NCBI GenBank assembly: GCA_052034235.1
Contig: JBPOIT010000005.1
Coordinates: 177,698-241,697 of the forward strand
Direction of reading: 5' to 3'
Origin: Candidatus Levyibacteriota bacterium
GTDB taxonomy: Bacteria; Patescibacteriota; Microgenomatia; Levybacterales; UBA12049
Length of the DNA: 64,000 nucleotides
Shown piece after piece: positions 8,429 through 18,592 of this stretch. The notes under the pieces are model-generated. The model worked only from the letters and a program-made list of their open reading frames with translations, had not been told where the DNA came from and made no database searches. Numbering within the stretch: position 1 is the stretch's first letter; each line of letters opens with the position of its first letter. The position numbers and the translations under genes are program-made.

Positions 8429-9667
8429 ATGAATAGATTTTCCCTTGGCCATCTCCTCGTTTTAGTCACCATGTGCGTTTTACTTTTTAACGCAGCGTAT
8501 CCAGCACTTGATGTAGGGCGTTATCAATGTTATGCAACAGCTTTCTGGCACGGAACAAATGTCTTGCAGACCTCAGAGTACAAACACTGCGGCTTTCTTT
8601 TAGAAAACCAAAAACCTGTTGGCCCATATCGAATACTGCCGCTAGAGTATCCACCACTTTCACTCATACCCTTTTCGCTTGGTTTGAGCTTTGACTCACT
8701 TGGATATGCAACGTCGTTTAAAATCTGGATGCTTCTTACTGCTGTTTCTCTATACCTGCTTTTGCTGCGTTATGGTACACAAGCCTCGGCAATTGTCTTT
8801 GCACTCTATTTAGTTGCTGGCAGTTGGGCTCTAACGAGTGCACGCTTTGATATTTTCCCCGCACTGCTCACCTTTGGAGCACTGCTCCTTGCTGAAAAAA
8901 AGAAATGGAACTGGGCGTATATTGTCTTAGGTGCGGCTGTTCTTGTGAAGTTCTATCCAATCGTTCTTCTTCCGTTCTTTTTTGTCGCGCAGCAAAAAAC
9001 TATCAAGGGCAAACTCCTCTCTCTGAAACGGATTGAACCACTTATGCTTTTTAGCATTTTATGTATTGTGGTGTTCGGCCTTTCTTATATGCTCAATCCA
9101 GCTGGAACACTTGAACCGCTTACCTACTTTCAACACAGACCAATCCAAATAGAATCTTTGTGGTCATCCATTTTGTGGATTATCCAACCATTGAGTAGTC
9201 CATTACATTACATCTTCAGTTTTGGTTCAATAAATATCCTTAGCCCTCTTTCAGAAGCGATAATACGCCTGAGTTCTATCCTAAGTAGCGCAGGCTTTCT
9301 CGTTATTATCTGGTTGCAAATACGAGGCAAAATTACGTTGGCATATGCATGTATGCTTATGCTTTTATTGACTATTCTTCTTGGCAAAGTTTTTAGCATT
9401 CAATATCTAATGTGGATTGTACCGTTTATAGCTTATGTCGGGAAAAACAATCCATGGCACTTTATTCCGTGGTATACAATTTGTGCTTTAAGCACATGGA
9501 TTTACCCATATATTTATCCAAGCCTCTTCTCAACCAATGAAGATTCATTATTTTTTAATGTACTTTCTTTCCGAAATGGTTTAATGGTTCTGTTTTTTCT
9601 CTTTTTACTCACCTTTGCTATTTTTAAAAAAACTCCTCACCCAATCCATCGCCAGTTAACAAAATGA
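8429..9667 (+). CDS. GT-C fold membrane glycosyltransferase (DUF2029/GT87-like)
   Basis: 412 aa with more than 10 TM segments. The N-proximal loop has acidic and aromatic residues, and a FYPIVLLPFF segment is typical of polyprenyl-phosphate-sugar-dependent GT-C enzymes. Confidence 0.4.
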   Translation: MNRFSLGHLLVLVTMCVLLFNAAYPALDVGRYQCYATAFWHGTNVLQTSEYKHCGFLLENQKPVGPYRILPLEYPPLSLIPFSLGLSFDSLGYATSFKIWMLLTAVSLYLLLLRYGTQASAIVFALYLVAGSWALTSARFDIFPALLTFGALLLAEKKKWNWAYIVLGAAVLVKFYPIVLLPFFFVAQQKTIKGKLLSLKRIEPLMLFSILCIVVFGLSYMLNPAGTLEPLTYFQHRPIQIESLWSSILWIIQPLSSPLHYIFSFGSINILSPLSEAIIRLSSILSSAGFLVIIWLQIRGKITLAYACMLMLLLTILLGKVFSIQYLMWIVPFIAYVGKNNPWHFIPWYTICALSTWIYPYIYPSLFSTNEDSLFFNVLSFRNGLMVLFFLFLLTFAIFKKTPHPIHRQLTK

Positions 9668-10824
9668 AGCGATACATAAAGAAGCAATCCCAAAAATACA
9701 ACGCATAACATATAGTATTTCCACCCTGTTACCTTTGCTGCTAAAAAGATAAAAAGAGGAAAAGAGACTGATTGAAATCTCGAAAACGACATCGTGTCTT
9801 TTACAAGTAGTGGAAATACCCAAAGGAGTAGAGCAATCCACCAAAGCTGAGGATATTTTTTGAAATATTTTCGACAAGATATAATTAGCCCGCCGACAAG
9901 CACCATCATTGCTGTATCCACCTGAGATTCACGAGAATGATGAAAAGGTAGACTAAAGAATTTAAAAATCTGCTCGATGTTGTGATTAATTGCCGATGCC
10001 ATGGTATCTCCCTTGTACCAAACCGTTTGGATATGCTGCCAATAAAGCGGATCACCTGTTTGAAAATAACAAAAATAAAGCCAGCCCAGAAACGGCACGA
10101 AACTCAACGCAAAATAACCAATCGCTTGCCGCAATCCAATCCGCTTTTTATAAACAGCCAGGGCAAGTGTGAAAAAAAATATTCCTCCGATAATAAGTCC
10201 GTTAGGCCGACATACAAAAAGAAGAGCTGCTATGAGCGCTGAATAGAAAAATTTATGACGAATCATAAAATAACTCAACCAAACCAAAAGAAGTAAAAAG
10301 AGACTCTCCGTGTAGTAACTCCTATAGAAAATCCCAAATGGAAAAAGGAAAAGAAGAAATAAAGTTTTCGCAGCTAAGTGCCGCGTGAATAGCTTACTAA
10401 CAACATAATACAAACTTACAAAGTTCACTGCCAACAAAATGTTGCTTAGTATATATGCAGATAGTTCAACATTTCGAATCAGAACATTCAAGCCTGCTAT
10501 AAGCAGCGGATACAAGGGAAAAAACGCATATGTTAACGCGCCCATAAACCACGGACTCTGGTTAGCGTCAAATACTGCTTTTGTTGGATAGCCGTCATCT
10601 GCAATGCGCAAATACCACTGAGCATCCCACACACCAAGCGCCCGCAAAAATGAAAAATCACCACCTTGAATACGTGCATCAGGCAAATAATGATGAGAAT
10701 AATATTGGTAGGCAATATTATCAAACGGAACAGTTCTCTGTTGAAAGAACATATAACCAGTAAGAAAAAGTTGCAGCACGACAAAAATGGTAAACAAGCG
10801 TAGAAACACTTTGTCTTTAAACAT
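9637..10824 (-). CDS. GT-C fold membrane glycosyltransferase (PMT/ArnT-like)
   Basis: 395 aa, polytopic. Has an N-terminal loop with DxD-like residues (IADDGYP) and a YYxxS architecture like dolichyl/undecaprenyl-phosphate-sugar transferases. Converges on the previous gene and overlaps it by 31 bp. Confidence 0.4.
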   Translation of the reverse strand: MFKDKVFLRLFTIFVVLQLFLTGYMFFQQRTVPFDNIAYQYYSHHYLPDARIQGGDFSFLRALGVWDAQWYLRIADDGYPTKAVFDANQSPWFMGALTYAFFPLYPLLIAGLNVLIRNVELSAYILSNILLAVNFVSLYYVVSKLFTRHLAAKTLFLLFLFPFGIFYRSYYTESLFLLLLVWLSYFMIRHKFFYSALIAALLFVCRPNGLIIGGIFFFTLALAVYKKRIGLRQAIGYFALSFVPFLGWLYFCYFQTGDPLYWQHIQTVWYKGDTMASAINHNIEQIFKFFSLPFHHSRESQVDTAMMVLVGGLIISCRKYFKKYPQLWWIALLLWVFPLLVKDTMSFSRFQSVSFPLFIFLAAKVTGWKYYMLCVVFLGLLLYVSLHFVNWRWIG

Positions 10825-10904
10825 ATAAAAATTATATCGCTAATTACTCAGCAATGCGAGTTTGTAATTTTGAATTATGATACATATATCGTTATAATAA
10901 AATC

Positions 10905-12068
10905 ATGTTCGTAAAAAGTGTTGTATTATCGCTGTGTTTGTTTTTATTCCTCCTTATAACGCCTTTGGCACATGCTATTGAAAATCCGCTGGAGCGACCA
11001 AACAATAAAATGGGAATTCATATTTTATTTGATAGTGAATTACCTCAAGCTGCGAAATTTATTAATTCCTCAGGTGGAGATTGGGGGTACGCGATCATCC
11101 CAATTCAGGCTGGTGATAAAGATATTGTAAAATGGCAACAATTTATGGATTCAGCAAAACAGCAACGAGTTATCCCTATTCTTAGACTTGCTACTGAAGG
11201 TGACTACTTCAATACAAGTGTGTGGAGAAAACCAAAATACGAAGATGTTATTGATTTTGCGAATTTTCTCGATTCTCTTAATTGGCCAACCAAAAATCGC
11301 TATGTTGTTGTCTTTAATGAAGTTAATCGCGGTGACGAATGGGGAGGTTCTGCAAATCCTGCAGAATATGCTGAACTTTTGAGTTTTGCCGTGACAATTT
11401 TTAAATCCAAAAATCAGGACTTTTTTATCATTAATGCTGGACTTGATAACGCAGCACCTCGAGAAGGAACGAAATATATGAATCAATATGATTACATTCA
11501 AGCAATGAATGAAGCTGTCCCCGGTATTTTTAACCAAATTGACGGCTGGTCGAGTCATTCCTATCCCAATCCAGGATTTTCTCAAGCTCCTAATGCATTG
11601 AGCCGCATGGGTGTTGGGAGTTTTGCCCACGAGAAACAACTCGTTAAAACACTCAGTAGTAAAGATCTCCCGGTTTTTATTACTGAAACAGGCTGGACAA
11701 CTGACGTAGTCACTGATGAACTGATCGCAAAATATTATGTACAGACCTGGGACACGATTTGGTCAGATGCATCAATTGTTGCTGTAACACCGTTTCTACT
11801 CCAGGCAAACGGTGGACCATTTAAACAATTCACACTTATAAAAGATGATGGGAAATATACAAAGCAGTACGAGACTCTAAGAGCACTCCCCAAAAGACAA
11901 GGCTTTCCTTCACTCAATAAACAAAAAGTTCTTGCCGCCACAGCAACAAGTCTGGTTAACGTCCCTGCTGAAACGAAAGATTTTTCAACACCTGAGGTCA
12001 TTCCTGTCAAAAAATATCCATTGTCACTCACCGTCCAAAATGCCTTCAGATGGCTGATTGGGATATAA
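10905..12068 (+). CDS. secreted clan GH-A glycoside hydrolase (GH5-like)
   Basis: 387 aa. Has a signal peptide with an AHA cleavage site. The candidate acid/base residue is in VVFNEVNRGDEW and the candidate nucleophile in VFITETGWT, which together make a (beta/alpha)8 clan GH-A signature. Confidence 0.55.
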   Translation: MFVKSVVLSLCLFLFLLITPLAHAIENPLERPNNKMGIHILFDSELPQAAKFINSSGGDWGYAIIPIQAGDKDIVKWQQFMDSAKQQRVIPILRLATEGDYFNTSVWRKPKYEDVIDFANFLDSLNWPTKNRYVVVFNEVNRGDEWGGSANPAEYAELLSFAVTIFKSKNQDFFIINAGLDNAAPREGTKYMNQYDYIQAMNEAVPGIFNQIDGWSSHSYPNPGFSQAPNALSRMGVGSFAHEKQLVKTLSSKDLPVFITETGWTTDVVTDELIAKYYVQTWDTIWSDASIVAVTPFLLQANGGPFKQFTLIKDDGKYTKQYETLRALPKRQGFPSLNKQKVLAATATSLVNVPAETKDFSTPEVIPVKKYPLSLTVQNAFRWLIGI

Positions 12069-12457
12069 TCTGCATTACTATGGAATGGGAAGAAGCTGAT
12101 GATGTTAAACAAGATTTAAAAGTTGTACTCACCTATATCGATTTACCTTACATTGATATCAATCGCATCCATTGTTACCGAACAACCGGCTCCAAAGTAC
12201 GAGCCTACGCCAGAACATGGGCATTCCCCAAAATTTTCCAACGGGCTCTGGACATTCAGCCAGCTTACGTCATAGAGGTGTTATCCAAACATTATGACAA
12301 ACTGGACAATGACGCTCAAAAAAAAGTCCTTATCCATGAGCTTCTCCACATACCCAAAAATTTTTCGGGTGCACTCCTGCCGCACAAAACAAAAAGTCGG
12401 AATTTACATTCTCTTGCCAATCAATTATTTAAGGAGTATAAAAAGAAAATATGTTAA
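12050..12457 (+). CDS. small HExxH zinc-metallopeptidase-like protein (DUF45/SprT-like)
   Basis: 135 aa. Has a KKVLIHELLHIP motif (HExxH). An alternative ATG start lies at 12080. Overlaps the downstream gene by 7 nt. Confidence 0.3.
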   Translation: MADWDIICITMEWEEADDVKQDLKVVLTYIDLPYIDINRIHCYRTTGSKVRAYARTWAFPKIFQRALDIQPAYVIEVLSKHYDKLDNDAQKKVLIHELLHIPKNFSGALLPHKTKSRNLHSLANQLFKEYKKKIC

Positions 12458-13143
12458 CAATTATCCATGGCACTGATATTGTCGCTTCCCGCAAATTTTT
12501 TCTCGACCAAAAACTTGGCCATCCAGAAGCACTCACACTTGATGCTGAAAGTGTCAATTTAACTGATCTTGCTCAAGTTGTTGAGGGTGGCGGTTTGTTT
12601 GGAGAGTCAAAATATATTTTTATTGAACAATTCTTAACGAAACGTAAAAAATCTGGGGACTATAAAGATATTATTACCTATCTTGATACACATGCTGAAG
12701 AACACACAATTTTTCTTTGGGAAAACAAAGAGCTAGATATCTCAACACAAAAAGCTTTTAAAAAAGCTGCGATCAGACCATTCAAACTGCCCCAAACGCT
12801 TTTCGCACTGCTTGATACTATCAAACCTGGCAATGGCAAAATACTTTTAAAACAATTCCATGAAACAATTGCATCAACAGAGGTCGAAATGGTATTTTTC
12901 ATGCTCATCAGACAATTCAGAATGCTCCTCGCACTTTCAAGTCCGGGGACTGAAAGTGAAATTGACGAAGTCAAAAAGCTTACATGGCAGCGATCAAAAA
13001 TGGAAAAACAAGCATCACTATTTGAAGCGGAACATTTACTAGATTTATACGCAATTCTTTTCGCAATTGAAAAAGGGCAAAAAACAGGCACACTTTCAGC
13101 ACCTTTAACTACCACAATTGACTTTTTTTTGTTGGAGATTTAA
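12451..13143 (+). CDS. holA: short DNA polymerase III delta-subunit-like protein (HolA family)
   Basis: 230 aa. The N-terminus MLTIIHGTD and the LFGES…IFIE pattern resemble the clamp-loader delta N-domain. This is a weak, pattern-based call. Confidence 0.3.
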   Translation: MLTIIHGTDIVASRKFFLDQKLGHPEALTLDAESVNLTDLAQVVEGGGLFGESKYIFIEQFLTKRKKSGDYKDIITYLDTHAEEHTIFLWENKELDISTQKAFKKAAIRPFKLPQTLFALLDTIKPGNGKILLKQFHETIASTEVEMVFFMLIRQFRMLLALSSPGTESEIDEVKKLTWQRSKMEKQASLFEAEHLLDLYAILFAIEKGQKTGTLSAPLTTTIDFFLLEI

Positions 13144-13152
13144 AATGTATAA

Positions 13153-14541
13153 ATGAACGATATTGATCCTAAGATTTTCAAGGCATATGATATCAGGGCA
13201 ATTTATCCGGACCAGATGGACGAGACAAATATTGTTCATATTGTCCGCGCGTTTTACAAATTCTTCAAAACTCAAACTGAAAAAGAGCAACCTTCAATAG
13301 TCCTCGCATACGACATGCGTCTCTCCGGCCCCAAACTTTATGAAGCAGCCAAAAAGACACTCGTAGATATGGGAGCAAATGTGATCGAAGTAGGCCAACT
13401 CTCTACTCCATCTTTCTACTTTGCAGTTTTTAACTATAAATATGACTGTGGTATTCAGATTACAGCATCCCACAATCCAAAAGACTGGAATGGTATGAAA
13501 GCTGTCCGATACACACCAAAAGGTCTTATCAAGATAGGTAAACCAACAGGTATGGACGAAATCCAGAGATTGTCACTTGAAGGTGTTGACGAAACACCAG
13601 CGCAGCCTGGCTTTATTACACCAAAAGACGGCATCCTTGAGGATGAAGTTAATAAAACACTTGAGATTTTTAACAATCCTACACTTAAGAAGTTTAAGAT
13701 CGTAGCTGACCCAGCCAATGCCATGGGTGCGCAGTATATCCAAGCTTTATTTGATAAAATTCCAGCAGATCTTATCAAAATGAACTTTGAGCTCGACGGT
13801 AATTTCCCAGCTCACGAAGCAAATCCATTAAAGTTTGAAACCCTCGTTGATCTTCAGAAAAAAGTTATCGAAGAAGGTGCTGACTTTGGTCTCGCAACTG
13901 ACGGTGACGGAGATAGACTTTACTTTATCGACGAAAAAGGACAAGTAGTCAATGCAACCTCAATCACATCAATCGTGGCTCGTGAGATGCTCAAAACACA
14001 TCCAGGAGATCTAATTTATTTTGATATCCGGGACATTCTCTCTCCACAAAAAATTGTAGAAGAAGCAGGTGGACGTTCAGAGATTGTCAGAGTCGGTCAT
14101 GCATATATCACTGCTGCGATGAACAATTCAGGTGGTGTATTTGCAGGCGAATCATCAGGACACATGTTCTTCCGTGACATGGGTAATGCTGAAAATAATC
14201 TCCCAATTATTGTCTGCATCATGAAAGTGCTCACTGAAGAAGGCAAAACACTCTCAGAGCTCGTCCAGGAAATCAGAAGAGCTGAAGAATCTGGCGAAGT
14301 GAACTTTGAAGTTACTAATGCTCCTGAAATTCTTGAAGGGCTGAAGCAAAAATATAGTGACGGCACACTTGAGACCATGGATGGTGTTTCTATTTCCTAC
14401 CCTACATGGAGATTTAACGTCAGAACTTCAAACACTGAACCACTTATGCGTCTCAATGTTGAAGGTTACGACAAAGTCGAGATGCAAACAAAATTTGAAG
14501 AATTAAAGACATTTATTCAGAACTTAGCAAAAGCTGAGTAA
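13153..14541 (+). CDS. manB: phosphomannomutase/phosphoglucomutase
   Basis: 462 aa. Has the active-site serine loop TASHNP, a metal-binding loop DGDGDR and a GEESGH sugar-binding loop. Confidence 0.9.
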   Translation: MNDIDPKIFKAYDIRAIYPDQMDETNIVHIVRAFYKFFKTQTEKEQPSIVLAYDMRLSGPKLYEAAKKTLVDMGANVIEVGQLSTPSFYFAVFNYKYDCGIQITASHNPKDWNGMKAVRYTPKGLIKIGKPTGMDEIQRLSLEGVDETPAQPGFITPKDGILEDEVNKTLEIFNNPTLKKFKIVADPANAMGAQYIQALFDKIPADLIKMNFELDGNFPAHEANPLKFETLVDLQKKVIEEGADFGLATDGDGDRLYFIDEKGQVVNATSITSIVAREMLKTHPGDLIYFDIRDILSPQKIVEEAGGRSEIVRVGHAYITAAMNNSGGVFAGESSGHMFFRDMGNAENNLPIIVCIMKVLTEEGKTLSELVQEIRRAEESGEVNFEVTNAPEILEGLKQKYSDGTLETMDGVSISYPTWRFNVRTSNTEPLMRLNVEGYDKVEMQTKFEELKTFIQNLAKAE

Positions 14542-14546
14542 CCCCT

Positions 14547-15776
14547 ATGGCTGATCAATCACAACGGATCTTTCCAATCACTGGTAAAATTTTTTCCAGT
14601 CCTTACGATTGGGGTGGTAAAGAACTTATTCCACAAACGCTTGGCTTTACTCCTGAACCTGGTGTTCCTTATGCTGAATATTGGATCGGAGCACACAAAC
14701 GTGCACCATCAATGGTTGAATACTCAGATGGAACAAAATCGCTTGAAGAGATAATCGCCGGAAATCCTGAGGATATTTTAGGTTCAGAAGTAGCCAAGCG
14801 GTTTGGAGAACTTCCGTTTCTTTTTAAATTGTCCGAGGCCAAAAAAATGCTCTCAGTACAAGTACACCCAAATAAAAAACAAGCAGAAGAAGGTTTTGCA
14901 ATTGAGGAGAAATCAGGTATCCCTGCAACCGATTTGAAACGCACATTTAAAGATCCCAATTCTAAAACCGAAATGCCGCTCGCTCTGGGGGATTTTTGGC
15001 TCCTCCATGGACTAAGACCTGAAAGCGAAATGCTTGAAATTTTAAAAGAAACCAAAGAGTTAACGCCGCTTATTCCAATTTTTGGAAACAACGATTATCG
15101 AGCTCTTTATAAACATGTCCTAAGCGATATGTCCAAAGAGGAAGTGAATACGATGCTTTCCCCGCTTGCGATGAGAATTCGTAGACAATATGAAGATATT
15201 GAATTACAAAAAACTTCTCCTGACTATTGGGCTGCAAAGGCGATAAAGGATTTTAACATGCAAGAAGGAGACTATGACCGAGGATTATTCTCACTCTATT
15301 TCGCCAATATCGTTCATTTAAAAGCTGGTGATGCACTTTTCCAAAACGAAGGCGTTATTCATGCATTTCTCGAAGGACAATATATCGAAATCATGCAAAA
15401 TTCAGACAACATTGCCCGTGCTGGTATGACCAATAAACCGATTGATATTGAAGGGCTTATGAAATTTATGACATTCACCTCCCAAAAACCAAACATATTA
15501 GAAGGGAGAAAAGAGAATAATGAGATATTTTATGACGCGCCTGCTGATGAATTCCTCGTCAGTCAGCTTTTATTAAAAGACGGCATGCCCTACAAACAAA
15601 CCTCTTATTCTGTTGAAATACTCATGGGGATTACCGGCAACGCAACAATTACATCAGATGGAATATCACTTCCACTTGGACAAGGGAAAAGTATCGTTGT
15701 CTTCGCAGACGCGACCTACGAAATTACGGGCACAGAAACTGACGTTATCTTTAAAACAGCTGTTCCACACAAATGA
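14547..15776 (+). CDS. manA: mannose-6-phosphate isomerase, class I
   Basis: 409 aa. Has the motifs YAEYWIGAH, LPFLFKLSEAKKMLSVQVHP (zinc ligands Q/H) and C-terminal HAF, which are diagnostic of type I PMI. Confidence 0.85.
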   Translation: MADQSQRIFPITGKIFSSPYDWGGKELIPQTLGFTPEPGVPYAEYWIGAHKRAPSMVEYSDGTKSLEEIIAGNPEDILGSEVAKRFGELPFLFKLSEAKKMLSVQVHPNKKQAEEGFAIEEKSGIPATDLKRTFKDPNSKTEMPLALGDFWLLHGLRPESEMLEILKETKELTPLIPIFGNNDYRALYKHVLSDMSKEEVNTMLSPLAMRIRRQYEDIELQKTSPDYWAAKAIKDFNMQEGDYDRGLFSLYFANIVHLKAGDALFQNEGVIHAFLEGQYIEIMQNSDNIARAGMTNKPIDIEGLMKFMTFTSQKPNILEGRKENNEIFYDAPADEFLVSQLLLKDGMPYKQTSYSVEILMGITGNATITSDGISLPLGQGKSIVVFADATYEITGTETDVIFKTAVPHK

Positions 15777-16210
15777 ATGATTTAGCACACAATCAACCCT
15801 GCCCTCACTGTGGCAGATATAAAAATAGAGCAGTTACACTCGATGCAGTCATCATCAACGATAAAAACCAAGTACTACTCGTAAAACGAGGCAACGAACC
15901 GTATAAAGGGTTATGGGCGAATGCTGGTGGATATCTTGATCCAAACGAAACTGCAGAGCAAGGCATCATGCGTGAGGTCAAGGAAGAGACTGGTTTGGAC
16001 ACAGTATCAGTGACCTTTCTTAACGTCTACACCAATCCAAACAGACACCCTGATCAAGCCATCAGTGTCGCTTATGCCGTAAAGGTAACTGGAGAATTAA
16101 AAGCCGGCGACGACGCAGCTGATGCCGCTTGGTTTGCAATTGATAAACTTCCAACCCCACTAGCATTTGACCATGAAAGGATTATCCGTGACTATCTCAA
16201 ATCTAATTAA
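15773..16210 (+). CDS. Nudix hydrolase with an N-terminal zinc ribbon
   Basis: 145 aa. Has a CPHCG ribbon and the Nudix box GGYLDPNETAEQGIMREVKEETGL. Confidence 0.8.
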   Translation: MNDLAHNQPCPHCGRYKNRAVTLDAVIINDKNQVLLVKRGNEPYKGLWANAGGYLDPNETAEQGIMREVKEETGLDTVSVTFLNVYTNPNRHPDQAISVAYAVKVTGELKAGDDAADAAWFAIDKLPTPLAFDHERIIRDYLKSN

Positions 16211-16227
16211 CATGCCATACTAAGATT

Positions 16228-16569
16228 ATGCTCGCGACACTCAAACCGACATCGCAAAAGATTTTGTTAACCATTGTAGCTCTAATAGCTCTGTATTTCT
16301 TGGTTATGTTTGATTTCAGTACCCTGCTTCCACTCAATCTCATAACTATGTGGCAAATATTAGTCATAGGTTCATGGCTTGACAATTTTATTAATCTAGA
16401 CATAACAGCTTTATTCCTAGTAGCAAGTTTTGTGTACTTCCTCGTTTATGCTTCCATAACCTATTTGTGTATCTGTATTCTTCTCAATTTGAAAATCAAA
16501 AAAGAAACTGTTACGACATTTAGTAAAGAAGTGGCGAGTGAATTAAGTAATATTATTAAACCAAAATAA
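16228..16569 (+). CDS. small hypothetical membrane protein
   Basis: 113 aa with 3-4 hydrophobic segments and no recognisable motif. Confidence 0.25.
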   Translation: MLATLKPTSQKILLTIVALIALYFLVMFDFSTLLPLNLITMWQILVIGSWLDNFINLDITALFLVASFVYFLVYASITYLCICILLNLKIKKETVTTFSKEVASELSNIIKPK

Positions 16570-16625
16570 TCATTGAAGTCCTTTCTAAAAGAGTGTAGAC
16601 TTAGGGAGATTATTACTCGTAATCT

Positions 16626-17663
16626 ATGATTGATTTAAATAACCGCGACGAAATTGCAAAACTTGACCCCAAAGATACTCTCGGGACTACTGAGAACATG
16701 CTTGAGCAATGCAGGGTTGCTTGGGATGAAGTAAGCAAGCTTGACCTCGCTCCAATCGAAAACGTTAAAAATATTGTCTTTTGCGGCATGGGTGCCTCTA
16801 TCTACGGTGCAATGGTCCTGAAAGCCATCATGGGCCGCAACATGCCCTATCCAATCGAACTTGTTAGTGATTACTTCCTCCCTGATTATGTAAATGAAGA
16901 ATCACTCGTCGTCCTCACAAGTTATTCAGGCAATACAGAAGAAGTCCTTTCCTGCGCCGAAGATGCCAAAGCTAAAAAAGCCAAAATGGTAGTAATCACC
17001 AAAGGCGGCGCACTTGCTGAATTTGCACAGGATAATAAAGTTCCGGCATACATTTTTGACGGTAAATATAATCCAGGTGACGTCCCAAGACTTGGCAATG
17101 GTTATTCAATTTTTGGACTTATCGGACTACTTAATAAAACTCGAGTTATTGATATCGAAGAGTTTGAAGTTACCCAGGCTCTAGAGCGATTTAAAGAGAA
17201 AAAAGATGAAATTCAGCAGCAAGCACAAGATATTGTCAGTTTGTTCGAAAACAAAATCCCAATCATCTTTGCCGCTGAACATCTTGCCGGCAATGCACAA
17301 ATCATCAGAAACCAGTTTAACGAAACGAGTAAAGCGTTTTCAAGTTATTTTCTGATTCCAGATCTTAACCATCATTTGATGGAAGGTCTCCAATTCCCAG
17401 CAGATGCGCCGCTGCAATTTTTGGTTTTTGATTCACCCAACTATTCAGAGAAAATCAGACAGCGTGTAGGGCTCACCATCGATGTTGTTAAACAAAACAA
17501 TTATCCGGTGGTTGAATTCATAACAAGCGGCCAAACAGAATATGATGACTTCCTAGAGGTCCTGTACTATGGCTGCTTCCTGACACTTTATCTCGGATTG
17601 ACATACAACCAAAATCCAGCTATTAATCCATGGGTTGATTGGTTCAAAGATAAACTTAAATAA
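16626..17663 (+). CDS. SIS-domain bifunctional phosphoglucose/phosphomannose isomerase-like protein
   Basis: 345 aa. Has two SIS-like halves with an FCGMGASIYGA motif, an architecture like archaeal-type PGI/PMI. Its sugar-phosphate gene neighbourhood fits. Confidence 0.45.
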   Translation: MIDLNNRDEIAKLDPKDTLGTTENMLEQCRVAWDEVSKLDLAPIENVKNIVFCGMGASIYGAMVLKAIMGRNMPYPIELVSDYFLPDYVNEESLVVLTSYSGNTEEVLSCAEDAKAKKAKMVVITKGGALAEFAQDNKVPAYIFDGKYNPGDVPRLGNGYSIFGLIGLLNKTRVIDIEEFEVTQALERFKEKKDEIQQQAQDIVSLFENKIPIIFAAEHLAGNAQIIRNQFNETSKAFSSYFLIPDLNHHLMEGLQFPADAPLQFLVFDSPNYSEKIRQRVGLTIDVVKQNNYPVVEFITSGQTEYDDFLEVLYYGCFLTLYLGLTYNQNPAINPWVDWFKDKLK

Positions 17664-18021
17664 GATATTCGCGGAGTTTTTCGACTAATTCCTGAGGGCC
17701 ATATTCTGACTTTATCAAATACGCATCCGAAAGCTTCAATCTATCATCGTTCATATCCGTAGGTTTCTGTTCATTAGTTAAAAACACAATCTTTTTTGCA
17801 GCTGGTGGTGTGAGTGAGCGGGCCTGGCGTAATACATCTATACCCATCAATTTGGGCAAGTTATCATCAACAAGCACCATATCCCAATTCCCACGTTTTA
17901 TCTTTTCAAGTCCCTCAGCTCCATCTACTGCAGATTCAACTTCAAACCCTGAGTCTTTAAAATAATCAGTATAAATATCCCGAAGAAACAAATCATCCTC
18001 AATAAGTAACAACCTCGTCAT
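17656..18021 (-). CDS. stand-alone response-regulator receiver (CheY-like) protein
   Basis: 121 aa. Has the acidic pocket EDD, the phospho-acceptor D in MVLVDDNLP, T in FLTN and K in YLIKS. There is no output domain. Confidence 0.75.
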   Translation of the reverse strand: MTRLLLIEDDLFLRDIYTDYFKDSGFEVESAVDGAEGLEKIKRGNWDMVLVDDNLPKLMGIDVLRQARSLTPPAAKKIVFLTNEQKPTDMNDDRLKLSDAYLIKSEYGPQELVEKLREYLI

Positions 18022-18073
18022 AATAATTTATTCTATCATAATTAGTAAAATTGGTTAAGTAATCAATAAAAAA

Positions 18074-18089
18074 ATCACCCGAGGGTGAT
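18074..18089 (-). terminator. intrinsic terminator downstream of the pilin-1 gene
   Basis: A stem ATCACCC-GAG-GGGTGAT, followed on the minus strand by TTTTTTTATT, lies 26 nt after the pilin stop. Confidence 0.6.
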
Positions 18090-18114
18090 TTTAAAAACTT
18101 TTATTTATTTATCT

Positions 18115-18582
18115 TTATCTCGTTACTGAAATTGTTTCTCCAAGTTCTGCTGCTGGGGCTGTGATTGTTATTCTACTATCGCCTGCTCCGACTGCTACTG
18201 TGTATCCAGTTACATATCCTGCTGGGCATGTTGATGCAATTGCTACTCCACCGTTTGTCAATGGATCTACTGGAAGTTGTGCGATATATTGGGTGACGAG
18301 TGCTCCACAGATATCTTGTGCTGCATCTGAAATTGCTCCTGATCCACCAGCTGCTGGCATTCCTGCTGGAAGTGCACCGTTATTGTCTGCTTGATATTGA
18401 CCTATTGCATTAAGGATAGCGTTTACGTCTGATGATCTCTTTGTGTTATTTGCTTGTGAGAATTGTCTTGCTGGATTGATAGCGATAAGGGTGATTGATA
18501 GGAGGATAGCTAAGATGCCGATAACGACTAGCAGTTCGATAAGTGTGAAACCTTTTTGTGATTTAAAATTTTGGACAGTCAT
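18115..18582 (-). CDS. pilA: type IV major pilin, copy 1
   Basis: 155 aa. Has a class III signal MTVQNFKSQKG|FTLIELLVVIGILAILLS with E at +5. The C-domain is Ala/Gly-rich with two Cys residues. Confidence 0.85.
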   Translation of the reverse strand: MTVQNFKSQKGFTLIELLVVIGILAILLSITLIAINPARQFSQANNTKRSSDVNAILNAIGQYQADNNGALPAGMPAAGGSGAISDAAQDICGALVTQYIAQLPVDPLTNGGVAIASTCPAGYVTGYTVAVGAGDSRITITAPAAELGETISVTR

Positions 18583-18592
18583 GTTTTTTGTT

